This document shows positions 9,531 to 19,723 of a stretch of DNA of 64,000 nt, piece after piece. The position numbers and the translations under genes are program-made. This DNA is from an uncultured Acidimicrobiaceae bacterium (GTDB lineage: Bacteria > Actinomycetota > Acidimicrobiia > Acidimicrobiales > RAAP-2), in contig OY969891.1 of the NCBI GenBank assembly GCA_963704355.1, positions 495,475-559,474 on the forward strand, in the 5' to 3' direction. Position 1 is the first letter of the stretch. Every line of letters begins with the position of its first letter. The notes under the pieces are model-generated. The model had not been told where the DNA came from. It worked only from the letters and a program-made list of their open reading frames with translations, and made no database searches.

Positions 9531-11339
9531 TCAGTACGTGACGGTGAAATCCTCCTTGGCCTCGTGCCCGGCCGACAAGTGAATCTCCACGGATGACGAG
9601 GTGGACTGGGTCAACTCGGTCGAACCGTAGACGTCGACGAAGCCCCGCACCCACCAGGTCCCCGGCGCCAGCAACAGCGTGTAGGCGCCGCCCGACTCCG
9701 CGTAGGCGTCCTGCTCACCCTGGCACGTCGTGCCGCTCGGGAGTGTCGTGCAGGCCTGGACACCTGCCTCGGCACCGCCGGTCGGGGCCCCGATGACGTC
9801 GACCGTCCCGATCACGGCGCCCTGGGTCGGCGTTGCGTAGGCCACGGTCAGGTTCTTGGTCGCCGTCTTGGCCGAGACGATGGTCACCGAAGTTGACGTA
9901 TGGCTGACCACCGAGCCAAAGACATCCTGGTAGCCGGGATAGAGCAGCCATGAACCCGCAGTCAGGGTCGGCAGCGAATAGAGGTTGAACGTGGCTGTGG
10001 CCTGGGGGGGCCCGGCGTAGCCGGCCGGCGGTTTCTCGGCCGGATGCCTGGTGTTGACCTGGGTGCGGTCCGCGGGCCCGTATCCGTACCCACCCGGCCC
10101 CGAGTACTCGCTCACGCATTCGGGCGCGGCGATCGCCCCGCTCCAGGGTTCCGACTTCGGGCAGGCAAGCACGGTGTAGCTCGTGATGCTCACGCCGGCG
10201 GGGAGCCCGCTGACCGTGATGGTGCCCGTCGCCGTGCCGGGCACGCGGTACCGGTCCGTGAGGTCTTGCTCAGCGGAGTGACCCGAAGTCAGGGCCACGG
10301 TCACCGCCGGCCCATCGACCGCATTGTCGTAGGGAGCCGCCAGGTAGAAGCCCTTCACGAACCAGGTCCCCGCGGGGAGGATCAGGCCGTACTCACCATT
10401 CGGGACGCCGTAGACCACCTGGCACGGGGTTCCGCCTTTCGGGCACGCCGAGACGCCCAGATCGTCGGAGAACCCGGCCGGCGCATCCGTCACGGTCACG
10501 GTACCGCTCAGGAACGCCTGACCGGGCTGGAGGAACTTCGTGGTCAGGTTCAAAGTGGTGGTTTGCCCTCCCACCAGCGTGGCGGCGGTGCCGTCGTTCG
10601 GGTTCGGTGTGTTGCACGTGGACTCGGTGCAGAAGCTCGGGTACGCCGTCCAGGCACCCGGCGGCAGGCCGCTCACCGAGTAGGTGCCGACGGTCGCGCC
10701 GGGGGTCGACGGCGCCGCGTACCCGCTGACGCACGCGATCGGGATGGTGCCCCCGGTGTAGGGAGCGAAGGACGGGCAGAGGAGGACCTCGAACTGGGAG
10801 ATGGTTTCTGACGTCGGTACTCCCGTGACCGTGATGGTGCCGGTGATCGCGGCGGGCTTCCGGTAGGGAACGGAGAGATTCAAGGTGACCGTCTTACCCG
10901 TGGTGACCGTGACCACGTGGGTCCCGCCCAGGAAGGCGCCGCCGAAGGCGTTGTTCTCGTAAAAGCCGGCAGCCTTGTACTTGCCCGCATCGAGGGTGAG
11001 CGTGTAAGTCCCGTCCTCGCTCAAGGCGTACTGCGGATTGGCGCACAACTGGCCCGCTGCTCCGGTGTCGGGGCACACTCCCGCTCCGAGGTAGGCGGGC
11101 TGGAAGCCGCTCGGGGCGTTGGTGACCGTCACGCTCCCCGTGACGGTGCCGGGCCCGCACGGCGAGGACGAGGCGCCGACGGTGCTCGCCGAGCTCCCGC
11201 AGGTCGCCGGGGACGCGGGCTGATCGCGCAAGACGTGGACCGCGTCGCCGGAGGCAGCTTGGGGGAGAACAATGATGGACAACACCAAGCTCGCCAGCGC
11301 GATGAACCCGATGTGTACCTTCTTGGGCCAAGGCTTCAC
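9531..11339 (-). CDS. secreted protein with five tandem beta-sandwich-like (CarboxypepD_reg/Ig-like) repeats, each with a Cys pair
   Basis: Signal peptide MKPWPKKVHIGFIALASLVLSIIVLPQAASG. Five ~110-aa repeats start G[ST][VI]TV[TS][NGD].P (VTVTNAPSGF, TITVTGVPTSE, TVTVTDAPAGF, TITVSGLPAGV, TVDVIGAPTGG). Confidence 0.6.
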   Translation of the reverse strand: MKPWPKKVHIGFIALASLVLSIIVLPQAASGDAVHVLRDQPASPATCGSSASTVGASSSPCGPGTVTGSVTVTNAPSGFQPAYLGAGVCPDTGAAGQLCANPQYALSEDGTYTLTLDAGKYKAAGFYENNAFGGAFLGGTHVVTVTTGKTVTLNLSVPYRKPAAITGTITVTGVPTSETISQFEVLLCPSFAPYTGGTIPIACVSGYAAPSTPGATVGTYSVSGLPPGAWTAYPSFCTESTCNTPNPNDGTAATLVGGQTTTLNLTTKFLQPGQAFLSGTVTVTDAPAGFSDDLGVSACPKGGTPCQVVYGVPNGEYGLILPAGTWFVKGFYLAAPYDNAVDGPAVTVALTSGHSAEQDLTDRYRVPGTATGTITVSGLPAGVSITSYTVLACPKSEPWSGAIAAPECVSEYSGPGGYGYGPADRTQVNTRHPAEKPPAGYAGPPQATATFNLYSLPTLTAGSWLLYPGYQDVFGSVVSHTSTSVTIVSAKTATKNLTVAYATPTQGAVIGTVDVIGAPTGGAEAGVQACTTLPSGTTCQGEQDAYAESGGAYTLLLAPGTWWVRGFVDVYGSTELTQSTSSSVEIHLSAGHEAKEDFTVTY

Positions 11340-11423
11340 CGCTCTACCTCCTGTCGCCGAAGGGACTGCCAGCCCTTTTGGCAGACCATATCTCCGCCGC
11401 GGGAGCGAGGCTCGGAAGTTCGA

Positions 11424-12590
11424 TCAGAGGCGGTAGAGCTTGGCGGCGTTCTCGCCGAGGATCTTGCGCTGGTTCTCGGGGGTCAGCGTGGACATCTTCT
11501 CGGCCACCGTGTCCAACGGCTTGGGGTACAGGCAAGTCGGGTGGGGGAAGTCCGTCTCGAAGAGGATGCTGTCCGCGCCGACCGACTCGACCAGGGCGGG
11601 CACGTTGTTCTTCTCGAACCAGAAGGTGGCGTAGAGGTTCCGGCGGAAGTACTCGGACGGGAGCATCGAGAGCTTTTCGAGTTGCTTCGGGGCGTTCTCC
11701 GACATCTCGTAGTCGAGCGCCTCGAGGATGAAGGGGACCCAGCCGACGCCGCTCTCGACCGAGACCATCTTGAGCGCGGGGTACCGGTCGAGCATGCCGC
11801 TCAAGATGATGTTGGTCACGACGCGGGCGTTGCCGATGAACAGCAACGTCCCCCCGATGGCCAGCTTCGTGTCCTCGTCCTGGGACTCCCAGGGGTAGGT
11901 GCCGAAGTAGGTCATGGTGGTGAGGCTGGCACCGATGTGGAAGTGGACCGGCAGCTGCTGGTCGGCGCACACCTCCCAGAGCGGGTCCCAGGCCCGGCTG
12001 GCCAGGTCGGGGCCGCCGACGTCGTTGGGGTCCGAGGTGATGTTGACGCCGCGCATGTCCATCGATGCGACGCGCGTCGCCTCGGCCACGGCGGCCTCGA
12101 CGTCCCAGGCCGGGAGCACCGGCATGGGCATGAGGCGGCCGCCCGACGCGGCCTGCACGTCGGCCATGGCGTCGTTGTAGATCTGCACGCACGCCAGGCG
12201 GAGCTCGGGGTCCTTCACCACGTCGGAGATGCCCTGGCCGCCGAGGCCGATGGAGCTGGGAAAGCACACCTGGGCGTAGATGCCCGAGTCGTCCATGACG
12301 TCGATGCGTGCCTTGATGTCGAAGGCGCCGAGGTGGATCTGGTCCTGGGTCCACTCGAAGAGCGCCTCGGCGGCGCGGCCCTTGCCGCCCTCGCGATCGA
12401 TCACCCCGCCGCCACCGGCGAAACCGAGCTCGGCGCCGTCGACGTACCACATCGGCTTGCCCTCGACCTCGACGACGTGGGGCACGCGGTCCTTGTACTT
12501 GGCCGGGGCCCGCTTGGTCCAGAGGTCGTGGGCCTCGGTCAGGTGGGTGTCCGCGTCGATCACCCGCAACCCGTCGAGTGCTAGAGCCAT
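11424..12590 (-). CDS. amidohydrolase-2 (ACMSD-like) family metal-dependent hydrolase
   Basis: 388 aa. N-terminal VIDADTHLTE metal motif and TIM-barrel hydrolase-like length and pattern (FETDFPHP near the C-terminus). Confidence 0.7.
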   Translation of the reverse strand: MALALDGLRVIDADTHLTEAHDLWTKRAPAKYKDRVPHVVEVEGKPMWYVDGAELGFAGGGGVIDREGGKGRAAEALFEWTQDQIHLGAFDIKARIDVMDDSGIYAQVCFPSSIGLGGQGISDVVKDPELRLACVQIYNDAMADVQAASGGRLMPMPVLPAWDVEAAVAEATRVASMDMRGVNITSDPNDVGGPDLASRAWDPLWEVCADQQLPVHFHIGASLTTMTYFGTYPWESQDEDTKLAIGGTLLFIGNARVVTNIILSGMLDRYPALKMVSVESGVGWVPFILEALDYEMSENAPKQLEKLSMLPSEYFRRNLYATFWFEKNNVPALVESVGADSILFETDFPHPTCLYPKPLDTVAEKMSTLTPENQRKILGENAAKLYRL

Positions 12591-12722
12591 CTGTGCCTCC
12601 CCGAGCTAAGACATCCAACCAGTCGATCTCGTTCTCGATTTCGACGTTGATGTCGAATACACCCTACGGCCTGGGCTACGCCCTTGTCGGCGGGGTGGAT
12701 GGCGGGGTGCGGCGCGGGATGT

Positions 12723-14204
12723 CTAGCGGGTGCGCGGAAAGCCGAGGTCGATCTCGCTGGTGGCGGGGTCGGGCCAGCGCGTCGTCACCACCTTGGGCCG
12801 CGTGTAGAAGCGGATGCCCTCGGGCCCGTACATCGCGCTGTCGCCGAAGAGCGACGCCTTCCAGCCCCCGAAGGAGTGGAAGCCGACGGGCACCGGGATG
12901 GCGACGTTGATGCCCACCATGCCCGCCGACACGTCGCGCTGGAAGCGCCGGGCGGCTCCGCCGTCCCTTGTGAACAGCGCGGTCCCGTTGCCGTAGGGGT
13001 TGGCGTTGAGCAGTGCCACGGCCTCGTCGTAGGTCGGCACGCGGACCACGCTGAGCACCGGGCCGAAGATCTCGTCGTCGTAGGCCGCCATGCCGGGCCG
13101 GACCTCGTCGAGCAGGGTGCAACCCAAGAAGAAGCCCTCGGGCCATTCGCCCCTGCCGTCGACGACCAGGCGGGCGCCTGCCGCTTCTGCCCCCTCAACG
13201 TAGGCACGGACCCGGTCCCGGTGCTCCGCCGTGACGAGCGGCCCCATCTGGGACTCGGGGTCATCGCCCGGGCCGATGACGACGCTCGGCACCCGCGCCG
13301 CGATGGCCTCGACGAGGGGATCGGCCACGGACCCGACGGCGACGACCACCGAGACCGCCATGCATCGTTCGCCCGCCGAGCCGTAGCCGGCGGAGATGGC
13401 GGCATCGGCGGCGGCGCCGACGTCGGCGTCGGGGAGTACCACCATGTGGTTCTTCGCCCCACCGAGGGCTTGGACGCGCTTGCCGTGCTTGGCCCCGGTC
13501 TCGTAGATGTGCCGCGCGATCGGCGTGCTGCCGACGAAGGACACAGCGGCGACACCCGGATGGGCCAGGAGCGCCTCGACGGCCTCGGCGTCACCGTTGA
13601 CGACGTTGAGCACCCCGTCAGGCACGCCGGCTTCGCGGGCCAGTTCGGCCACGAGGAGCGAGGCCGAGGGATCCTTCTCCGAGGGCTTGAGCACGAAGGC
13701 GTTGCCGCAGGCGAGGGCGTTGGCCAGCATCCAGAGGGGGACCATGACCGGGAAATTGAACGGCGTAATACCCGCCACCACGCCGAGCGGCTCCAAGACG
13801 GTGTGCACATCGACGCCGGTCGAGACCTCGGTCGAGTGCGCGCCCTTCAACAGGTGCGGGATCCCGCAGGCGAACTCGATGTTCTCGAGCCCGCGGGCCA
13901 CCTCGCCTGCCGCATCGCTGCGCACCTTCCCGTGCTCGGACGTGACGGCGGCGGCCAGGTCGGCCGAGGCCCGTGCGACCAGGTCGCGAAAGCGGAAGAG
14001 AACCGCCGCCCGCGCGCTGAGCGAGCCGGCGCCCCACTCGGCCGCGGCCTCGGTGGCGACGTCGACGGCGGTGGCGACCTCCTCCGCCGAGGCCAGGGGG
14101 ACCTGCGCCGTCTGGATGCCGCGGGCCGGGTCGTAGACAGGGCCGACGCGCCCCGAGGTGCCGGGGACGGACTTCCCCCCTATGAAGTGCTCCAGGTCAC
14201 GCAT
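12723..14204 (-). CDS. mmsA: CoA-acylating methylmalonate-semialdehyde dehydrogenase
   Basis: ATG at 14204 (MRDLEHFIGGKSV) lies in frame in ORF 12723..14306. ALDH motifs FNFPVMVPLWM and the catalytic Cys region GSAGERCMA, typical of MmsA. Confidence 0.85.
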   Translation of the reverse strand: MRDLEHFIGGKSVPGTSGRVGPVYDPARGIQTAQVPLASAEEVATAVDVATEAAAEWGAGSLSARAAVLFRFRDLVARASADLAAAVTSEHGKVRSDAAGEVARGLENIEFACGIPHLLKGAHSTEVSTGVDVHTVLEPLGVVAGITPFNFPVMVPLWMLANALACGNAFVLKPSEKDPSASLLVAELAREAGVPDGVLNVVNGDAEAVEALLAHPGVAAVSFVGSTPIARHIYETGAKHGKRVQALGGAKNHMVVLPDADVGAAADAAISAGYGSAGERCMAVSVVVAVGSVADPLVEAIAARVPSVVIGPGDDPESQMGPLVTAEHRDRVRAYVEGAEAAGARLVVDGRGEWPEGFFLGCTLLDEVRPGMAAYDDEIFGPVLSVVRVPTYDEAVALLNANPYGNGTALFTRDGGAARRFQRDVSAGMVGINVAIPVPVGFHSFGGWKASLFGDSAMYGPEGIRFYTRPKVVTTRWPDPATSEIDLGFPRTR

Positions 14205-14324
14205 GGGCTCGATCCTCCCACCGTCGGAGAGAGCCGGCGTGATGTCTCTGGAAACCGTAAACAGGTTGGTGCATGGTTTCCGGGGACACTCGGCGATCCC
14301 GACCAAGATCAGGCTGGCGGCGGA

Positions 14325-16160
14325 TCAGCTGACGGGTTCCGGCTCGTGGATTAGCTTCGCCAGCTCCTCGGTGACCATGCGCTCGTGCTCGTCGAGGTCG
14401 CGGCGGGCCGCACGTGGGCTCCAGCGGCCGCGCATGGTGAAGACGAGGATGGCGAAGATCACCATCCCGATGAGGCAGACCGTCCACCAGCGCTTCCACT
14501 CCCCCGGAGCGGTCTTCTGCGCCGGCACCAGCTTCTGCTCCACCACCAGCAGGTTGGCCAGGTCCGGGGAGTGCGTCGCCACCCCGGCGATCTGGGCCTG
14601 TGTCACCGGCTTGCCGTTTTGTATGTCGAGCGCGAGCGGGTTGAAAGCTTCCAGGCCCTGGACCTGGGGATTCGACAGGCCGCCGGCGGCGGTGATCGCC
14701 TTCAACAGGTTGCCGGTGCTGTTGCACGCGCTCAGGATCGTGGCCAAAGTCTGCGGGCCCGGTTGACCCGTCTTCTGCAGATTGGTGATGACGGTCGTCG
14801 GCGCGGGTGTCGGACTGCACTTCAACGCGGTCGTGTTCGGCGCGTAGGGCTGGGCGGCCTGGATCGCCTGCAGCGCGGTCGCCGATGTCTGGTTGTCCAC
14901 CAGGACGGTCGAAGTGGTGATCACGTACGGCAGGACCAGGAACGACAGTGCGACGGTGATGCGCAGGATCCACCCCCACACCGCCAGGCCCGACGCGGTG
15001 AGGGCGGGGTTGTGCGACTCGACCTGCTCGGTGTAGTTGGCCATCCAGGGGGCGTAGGCCAGCGAGATCGAGACCGCCAAAAGCACGATCACCAGGACGT
15101 TGGAGTAGTACCCGGTGTGGGGATTATCGGTCTGCCTTATGAGGAACAACATCATCACGATGGCGCAGGCCGCCCCGAACAACATGAATGGTTTGCGTAC
15201 CCGCGCCCAGTCCGACAGGACACCCGCCACGACGAGTCCGATGGAGAGGGATGCGGCCAGCCACACGTTGATGCCATTGGCATCGGGAGTGGACCGGTTG
15301 AAGATGACGACCCAGTAGATGGTGAGCACGCTGACCGATGCGTAGTAGAAGAGCAGGAACACCGAGATGGCGATCGACGACGAAACCAGGTCGATCTTCA
15401 TCATGGAACGGATCGGATGCCTCGTTGCACGCTCCACGTCGATGCCCTTGGCGCGGGCCTCGACAAGTGCGCGCTCGCGCTCGGTCACCATGAGCTGGTC
15501 GCGCAGTTGCGGGGACAACTCGCGCAGGAAAAAGAAAGCGATGACGACGACGCCCAGGCAAACGAGACCGGAGATGATGAATTGGTCCTGCCACGGCGCG
15601 AGATGGGTGAGCGTGTGCGTCGCCACCACGCTCGCGCACAGGGCCCCCATCGTGGGGCCGAGGGCCCAGAAACCCATCGCGGCCCCACGCCCCATCTGCG
15701 GAGAGAAGTCGCGCATCAGTGCCGGGGTCGAGACCAGGATCACGCCTTCGACGAAGCCGATGACGCAGTACGAGGCGGCGAACCAGAATTTGTCAGAGAT
15801 GTGGGGTATGGCGAAGAGCTGGATCAGCGCGACGAGCAAGGTGCCGTAGATCGTCAGGTTGGCCCGGCCGATCTTGTCGGAGAGACCGCCGATGAACGCG
15901 CTGAACGCCCCGATCGCGTTGGAGACGACGAGCAGGTAGAGGAAGTATTGGAACGACATGTGGTAGTAGGGCAGCAGCAGCGGCGTCACCGCCCCCTCCA
16001 CGTAGTAGAGGTAATAGAGCATGATCGTCGTGAGCACGACGATCGCCAGGTACCCGAGCCGCGGCAGCGTGTCCGGGTAGCGGTACAGCTGTCGCCGCCA
16101 GAGCGCGTTCCCCAACCCCCCGCGCGTCGGGACCGGCGCTGTCGCCGCCGTCGTGGTCAT
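14325..16160 (-). CDS. MFS transporter with C-terminal extracytoplasmic extension and an extra terminal TM helix
   Basis: ATG at 16160 (MTTTAATAPV). Multiple TM helices over ~430 aa, then a ~150-aa Thr/Ala/Gln-rich soluble segment and a final TM helix (WWTVCLIGMVIFAILVF). Confidence 0.75.
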   Translation of the reverse strand: MTTTAATAPVPTRGGLGNALWRRQLYRYPDTLPRLGYLAIVVLTTIMLYYLYYVEGAVTPLLLPYYHMSFQYFLYLLVVSNAIGAFSAFIGGLSDKIGRANLTIYGTLLVALIQLFAIPHISDKFWFAASYCVIGFVEGVILVSTPALMRDFSPQMGRGAAMGFWALGPTMGALCASVVATHTLTHLAPWQDQFIISGLVCLGVVVIAFFFLRELSPQLRDQLMVTERERALVEARAKGIDVERATRHPIRSMMKIDLVSSSIAISVFLLFYYASVSVLTIYWVVIFNRSTPDANGINVWLAASLSIGLVVAGVLSDWARVRKPFMLFGAACAIVMMLFLIRQTDNPHTGYYSNVLVIVLLAVSISLAYAPWMANYTEQVESHNPALTASGLAVWGWILRITVALSFLVLPYVITTSTVLVDNQTSATALQAIQAAQPYAPNTTALKCSPTPAPTTVITNLQKTGQPGPQTLATILSACNSTGNLLKAITAAGGLSNPQVQGLEAFNPLALDIQNGKPVTQAQIAGVATHSPDLANLLVVEQKLVPAQKTAPGEWKRWWTVCLIGMVIFAILVFTMRGRWSPRAARRDLDEHERMVTEELAKLIHEPEPVS

Positions 16161-16323
16161 CCTCGATCCCCTTTCCCGCTCATTCCCGTTCCCGATGCTA
16201 GGGCCAGGGCCCGTCCGGGCTGAAGGGACTTTCGCCTCTGGCGGCGGCGGTGATGGAATCGGGACCTTCCGGCACTGGAAACGACGGCCGCCTCCGCTCA
16301 GACTTGCGGCAAAGGGAGGCCGC

Positions 16324-17730
16324 ATGGGAGACAACGGAAGGGCCTCGCGGACCGTGGACATTATGAGCGGCTCGGACGCGCTGCTCTGGACCATCAGCAC
16401 GGATCCGGTCATGCGCCCGACGATCGTGGCCGTGTTGATGCTGGCTGAGACCCCTCCCTGGCGGGAGGTCCGCACGCGGATCGACGGCCTCACGGAGTCA
16501 TTGCCGCGCTTGCGCTCGCGAGCACAAGCGCGCGGCCCCGGCAGGGCGAGGGCGCGTTTCGTGCCGGACGAGTCCTTCGACCTCGACGTCCACCTCCGTC
16601 GCGTGCGCCTGGCGGAGCCCGGCGGCCGGCGCTGGGTGCTCGATCTGGCCCAGACCATGGCCACCAGTGGCTTCGACCCGGCGTTGCCCCTGTGGGAGGC
16701 GACCATGGTGGAGGGCCTGGTGGGCGGTGGAGCCGCCATCGTCATGAAGGTCCATCACGCACTGATCGACGGGGTCGGCGGTCTGGCGGCGCTGGGCGCA
16801 CTCTTCGACCCCGCGGCCGGCGGCGACGCGACCGAGGCGGCGTCTCCGGCGATGAACGTGGGCGGAACCGACTCGGTGGACGAGGTGGAGGGGGCCACGG
16901 GGGCCGGGGTCATCACCCGGCTCCACCCGGGCGACCTCCCGGCGGCGGTGCGGTTCGTCGACGACGCCCTCGACTCCGTCCGGCATCCCATCCGGACGCT
17001 GGGCCGGATGGCGGCGGTCGGCGCGTCGGTGGCTCGGCTGATGGCGCCGGCAGGCCGGCCCATCTCGCCGATCCTGCACGACCGCGGCTTCCGGCGCCAC
17101 GTGGAAGCCCTCGACTTCTCGCTCACCTCGTTACAACAGGCTGCGCACGCCTGGGGCGGCACGGTCAACGACGTCTTCGTTGCGTCGGTCGTCCGGGGCC
17201 TCGCGCTCTACCACGAGCAGCACGGTGCGCCGAGCACGGGCTTCCGCGTCCTGATGCCCGTCAGCGTGCGCCACCCCGGCGACCGAGCCGCCGGCAACCA
17301 CTTCGTCCCAGCTCGCTTCGTCATCCCGGTTCGGGCCGATCTGGCCGAGTGCGTCGCCGAGGTGCGCCGGCTCACGGGGTCGTGGAAGAACGCACCCGGA
17401 CTCGTGTTGAGCGACGTGCTCGCCAATGGTCTGAGCGCACTGCCCGCGCCGATGGCACGCAGCGTGTGGGGATCGATGCTGCTGGGCAACGACTTCTGCA
17501 TCACGAACGTTCCGGGGCCACCGTTCGAGGTCTCTGTAGCCGGAGCCGCTGTCGAGGGCATCTACGCCGTCTCGCCGCCGTCCGGCGCCGCTTTCAACGT
17601 GTCGCTGGTGTCCGCGGCCGACCGCGCCTGCGTCACCATCACGGCGGACACCGCTGCGGTACCCGACAGTGCGAAGCTGGCCGGCTGCGTCGACGACGGC
17701 TTTGCCGAGGTCTGCTCGGTCCGCGCCTGA
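16324..17730 (+). CDS. wax ester synthase/diacylglycerol acyltransferase (WS/DGAT) family protein
   Basis: HHxxxDG active-site motif (VHHALIDGVGG), ~468 aa. The start could be ATG 16324 or 16363. Confidence 0.8.
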   Translation: MGDNGRASRTVDIMSGSDALLWTISTDPVMRPTIVAVLMLAETPPWREVRTRIDGLTESLPRLRSRAQARGPGRARARFVPDESFDLDVHLRRVRLAEPGGRRWVLDLAQTMATSGFDPALPLWEATMVEGLVGGGAAIVMKVHHALIDGVGGLAALGALFDPAAGGDATEAASPAMNVGGTDSVDEVEGATGAGVITRLHPGDLPAAVRFVDDALDSVRHPIRTLGRMAAVGASVARLMAPAGRPISPILHDRGFRRHVEALDFSLTSLQQAAHAWGGTVNDVFVASVVRGLALYHEQHGAPSTGFRVLMPVSVRHPGDRAAGNHFVPARFVIPVRADLAECVAEVRRLTGSWKNAPGLVLSDVLANGLSALPAPMARSVWGSMLLGNDFCITNVPGPPFEVSVAGAAVEGIYAVSPPSGAAFNVSLVSAADRACVTITADTAAVPDSAKLAGCVDDGFAEVCSVRA

Positions 17731-17754
17731 CCGCCGGCCGAGAGGTCCCGATCG

Positions 17755-18939
17755 TCAGGCCGGGGCCGTGGTGCCGAAGACCTCGGCGGCAACGGTGGGC
17801 TCCAGGGGCACGTGCCAGGTGAGACGGGTGCCGCCCTCCCGCGAGGTGCCGATCTCCATGCTGCCCCCCCTGCGCTCGGCCCGTTGCCGCATGTTCTTGA
17901 GCCCGAGGGAGCCGGGCGACTCCTCCCTGCTGCTCATGCCGATCCCGTCGTCGGCCACCACCATACGAAGTTCGTCACCGACGGCAACTGTGATGACCAC
18001 GTTGGTGGCTCTTGCGTGCTTGCCCACGTTGGTGAGTGCCTCACGGAGCACGGCCAGCAACTCGTCGGTCAGCTGCCCGGTGACGACGTGGTCCACCGGG
18101 CCGCTCAAGGACACGTGGGGGTGGAGCCCGAGGACCGGACGTAGCTCGTGCACGAGGTCGAGAACCTTGGGCTGGAGGCCTTCCTTGTTGATGGTCATCT
18201 CGATGTCGAAGATGGCCTTGCGCAACTGGCGGATCGTCTCGTCGAGCTTGTCGATCGCCTCGCTGATCCGCATCACAGCGTCGGGGCGTTCCACGAGCCG
18301 CGCCGTGCCCTGCAAGGACAGCCCGATGGCGAAGAGGCGCTGGATCACCGAGTCGTGCAGGTCACGCGCGATGCGGTCGCGGTCCTCGGTGAGCGCGAGG
18401 TCGCGCACCAGCGAGTGGAGCCGTGCGTTCTCGATCGCGATGCCGGCCGCCATGGCGAGCGCGAGCACGAGCTCCTCGTCGTCCTCGGAAAACTCCTTGG
18501 CGTGCCGCTTGTTGGTGAGATACAGGTTCCCGTAGACCTCACCGTGCACGCGCACGGGCACGCCGAGGAACGATGTCATCGTCGGATGGTCAGCGGGGAA
18601 GCCGAAACTGTCCGGGCTGTCCGCGATGTTCGCCAGCCGGAGAGGCTTGTCGTCGGCGATCAGGGTGCCCAGCACGCCCCGCCCCGTCGGACGCGGCCCG
18701 ATCGCGTGTTCCTCTTCGCTGCCGAGGCCGACGGTAAGGAACTGGTCCAAGGTCCGCCCGTTGGCGGAGAGCACGCCCAGAGCGCCGAATTGTGCGTCGA
18801 CGAGGTCGCACGCCTCCTCGATCATCCGGCGGAGCACCACCGGCAGGTTCAGTTCCGCGTCGAGGATCAGGATCGCCTGGACCAGCCGGCGCAGCTTGGC
18901 GGGGTCGTCGATCTGATCGAACGGCTGCACGGGGCGCAA
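17755..18939 (-). CDS. cytoplasmic GAF-domain sensor histidine kinase (HisKA_3/NarL-type)
   Basis: N-terminal GAF-like domain (no TM helix). H-box RIARDLHDSVIQRLFA. HATPase motifs (REALTNVGKHA, DDGIGM, GSLGLKNM). Confidence 0.85.
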   Translation of the reverse strand: MRPVQPFDQIDDPAKLRRLVQAILILDAELNLPVVLRRMIEEACDLVDAQFGALGVLSANGRTLDQFLTVGLGSEEEHAIGPRPTGRGVLGTLIADDKPLRLANIADSPDSFGFPADHPTMTSFLGVPVRVHGEVYGNLYLTNKRHAKEFSEDDEELVLALAMAAGIAIENARLHSLVRDLALTEDRDRIARDLHDSVIQRLFAIGLSLQGTARLVERPDAVMRISEAIDKLDETIRQLRKAIFDIEMTINKEGLQPKVLDLVHELRPVLGLHPHVSLSGPVDHVVTGQLTDELLAVLREALTNVGKHARATNVVITVAVGDELRMVVADDGIGMSSREESPGSLGLKNMRQRAERRGGSMEIGTSREGGTRLTWHVPLEPTVAAEVFGTTAPA

Positions 18940-19037
18940 GGCTATCTGCGAGTTTGCGGGCTTTTGGCCTCGCCCGAGCCGGACAATGGGGTGTCGCGCG
19001 CCGCCAAGCCCGTCGGCACCGTGGCAAGATCGAGGGG

Positions 19038-19694
19038 ATGGGGATACGAGTGTTCGTCTTGGACGACCATGAGCTCGTCCGGACAGGCTTGCGCACGTTG
19101 CTCGAAGCCGAAGAGGACTTCGAGGTCGTCGGCGAGGCCGGGACGGCCACGGAGGGTCTGCGGCTGATCGAGGCGGCCGAGCCGGACGTGGCCATCCTCG
19201 ACATCCGCCTGCCGGACGGCTCGGGGATCGAAGTCTGCCGCGAGGTCCAGTCGAGCATGCCCCAGGTGCGCTGCCTGATGCTCACGTCGTACTCCGACGA
19301 CGACGCGCTGTTCTCCTCCATCATGGCGGGGGCGTCGGGCTACGTCTTGAAGGAGGTCGGCAGCGGCGACCTCCTCGGCGACATCCGGCGCGTGAGCCAG
19401 GGCCTCTCCCTGCTCGATCCGGCCCTGACCCAGGAGCTGTTCGAGCGCCTGCGCAAGGACCAGGAGGCGGAGTCGCGCCTCACCGTGCTCACGCCGCAGG
19501 AGCGCCGGGTCCTCGAGCTGATCGCGCAGGGGCAGTCCAACCGCCAGATCGCCGAGCACCTGTTCCTCGCCGAGGCGACGGTGAAGAACTACGTGTCGAG
19601 CCTGCTCTCGAAGCTGGGCATGCGCCGGCGCACCGAGGCGGCCGTGTACGCCGCCGTGCTGGCCGAGCGGAAGTCGACCGTCCCCCGGTACTGA
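19038..19694 (+). CDS. LuxR/NarL-family response regulator
   Basis: Receiver domain (VFVLDDHELVR..DVAILDIRLPDGSG..LTSY) plus a C-terminal LuxR HTH (LTPQERRVLELIAQGQSNRQIAEHLFLAEATVKNYV). Divergent from the kinase gene. Confidence 0.9.
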   Translation: MGIRVFVLDDHELVRTGLRTLLEAEEDFEVVGEAGTATEGLRLIEAAEPDVAILDIRLPDGSGIEVCREVQSSMPQVRCLMLTSYSDDDALFSSIMAGASGYVLKEVGSGDLLGDIRRVSQGLSLLDPALTQELFERLRKDQEAESRLTVLTPQERRVLELIAQGQSNRQIAEHLFLAEATVKNYVSSLLSKLGMRRRTEAAVYAAVLAERKSTVPRY

Positions 19695-19723
19695 GCCGGC
19701 TCGCGCCACGCGCAACAGCGTTT

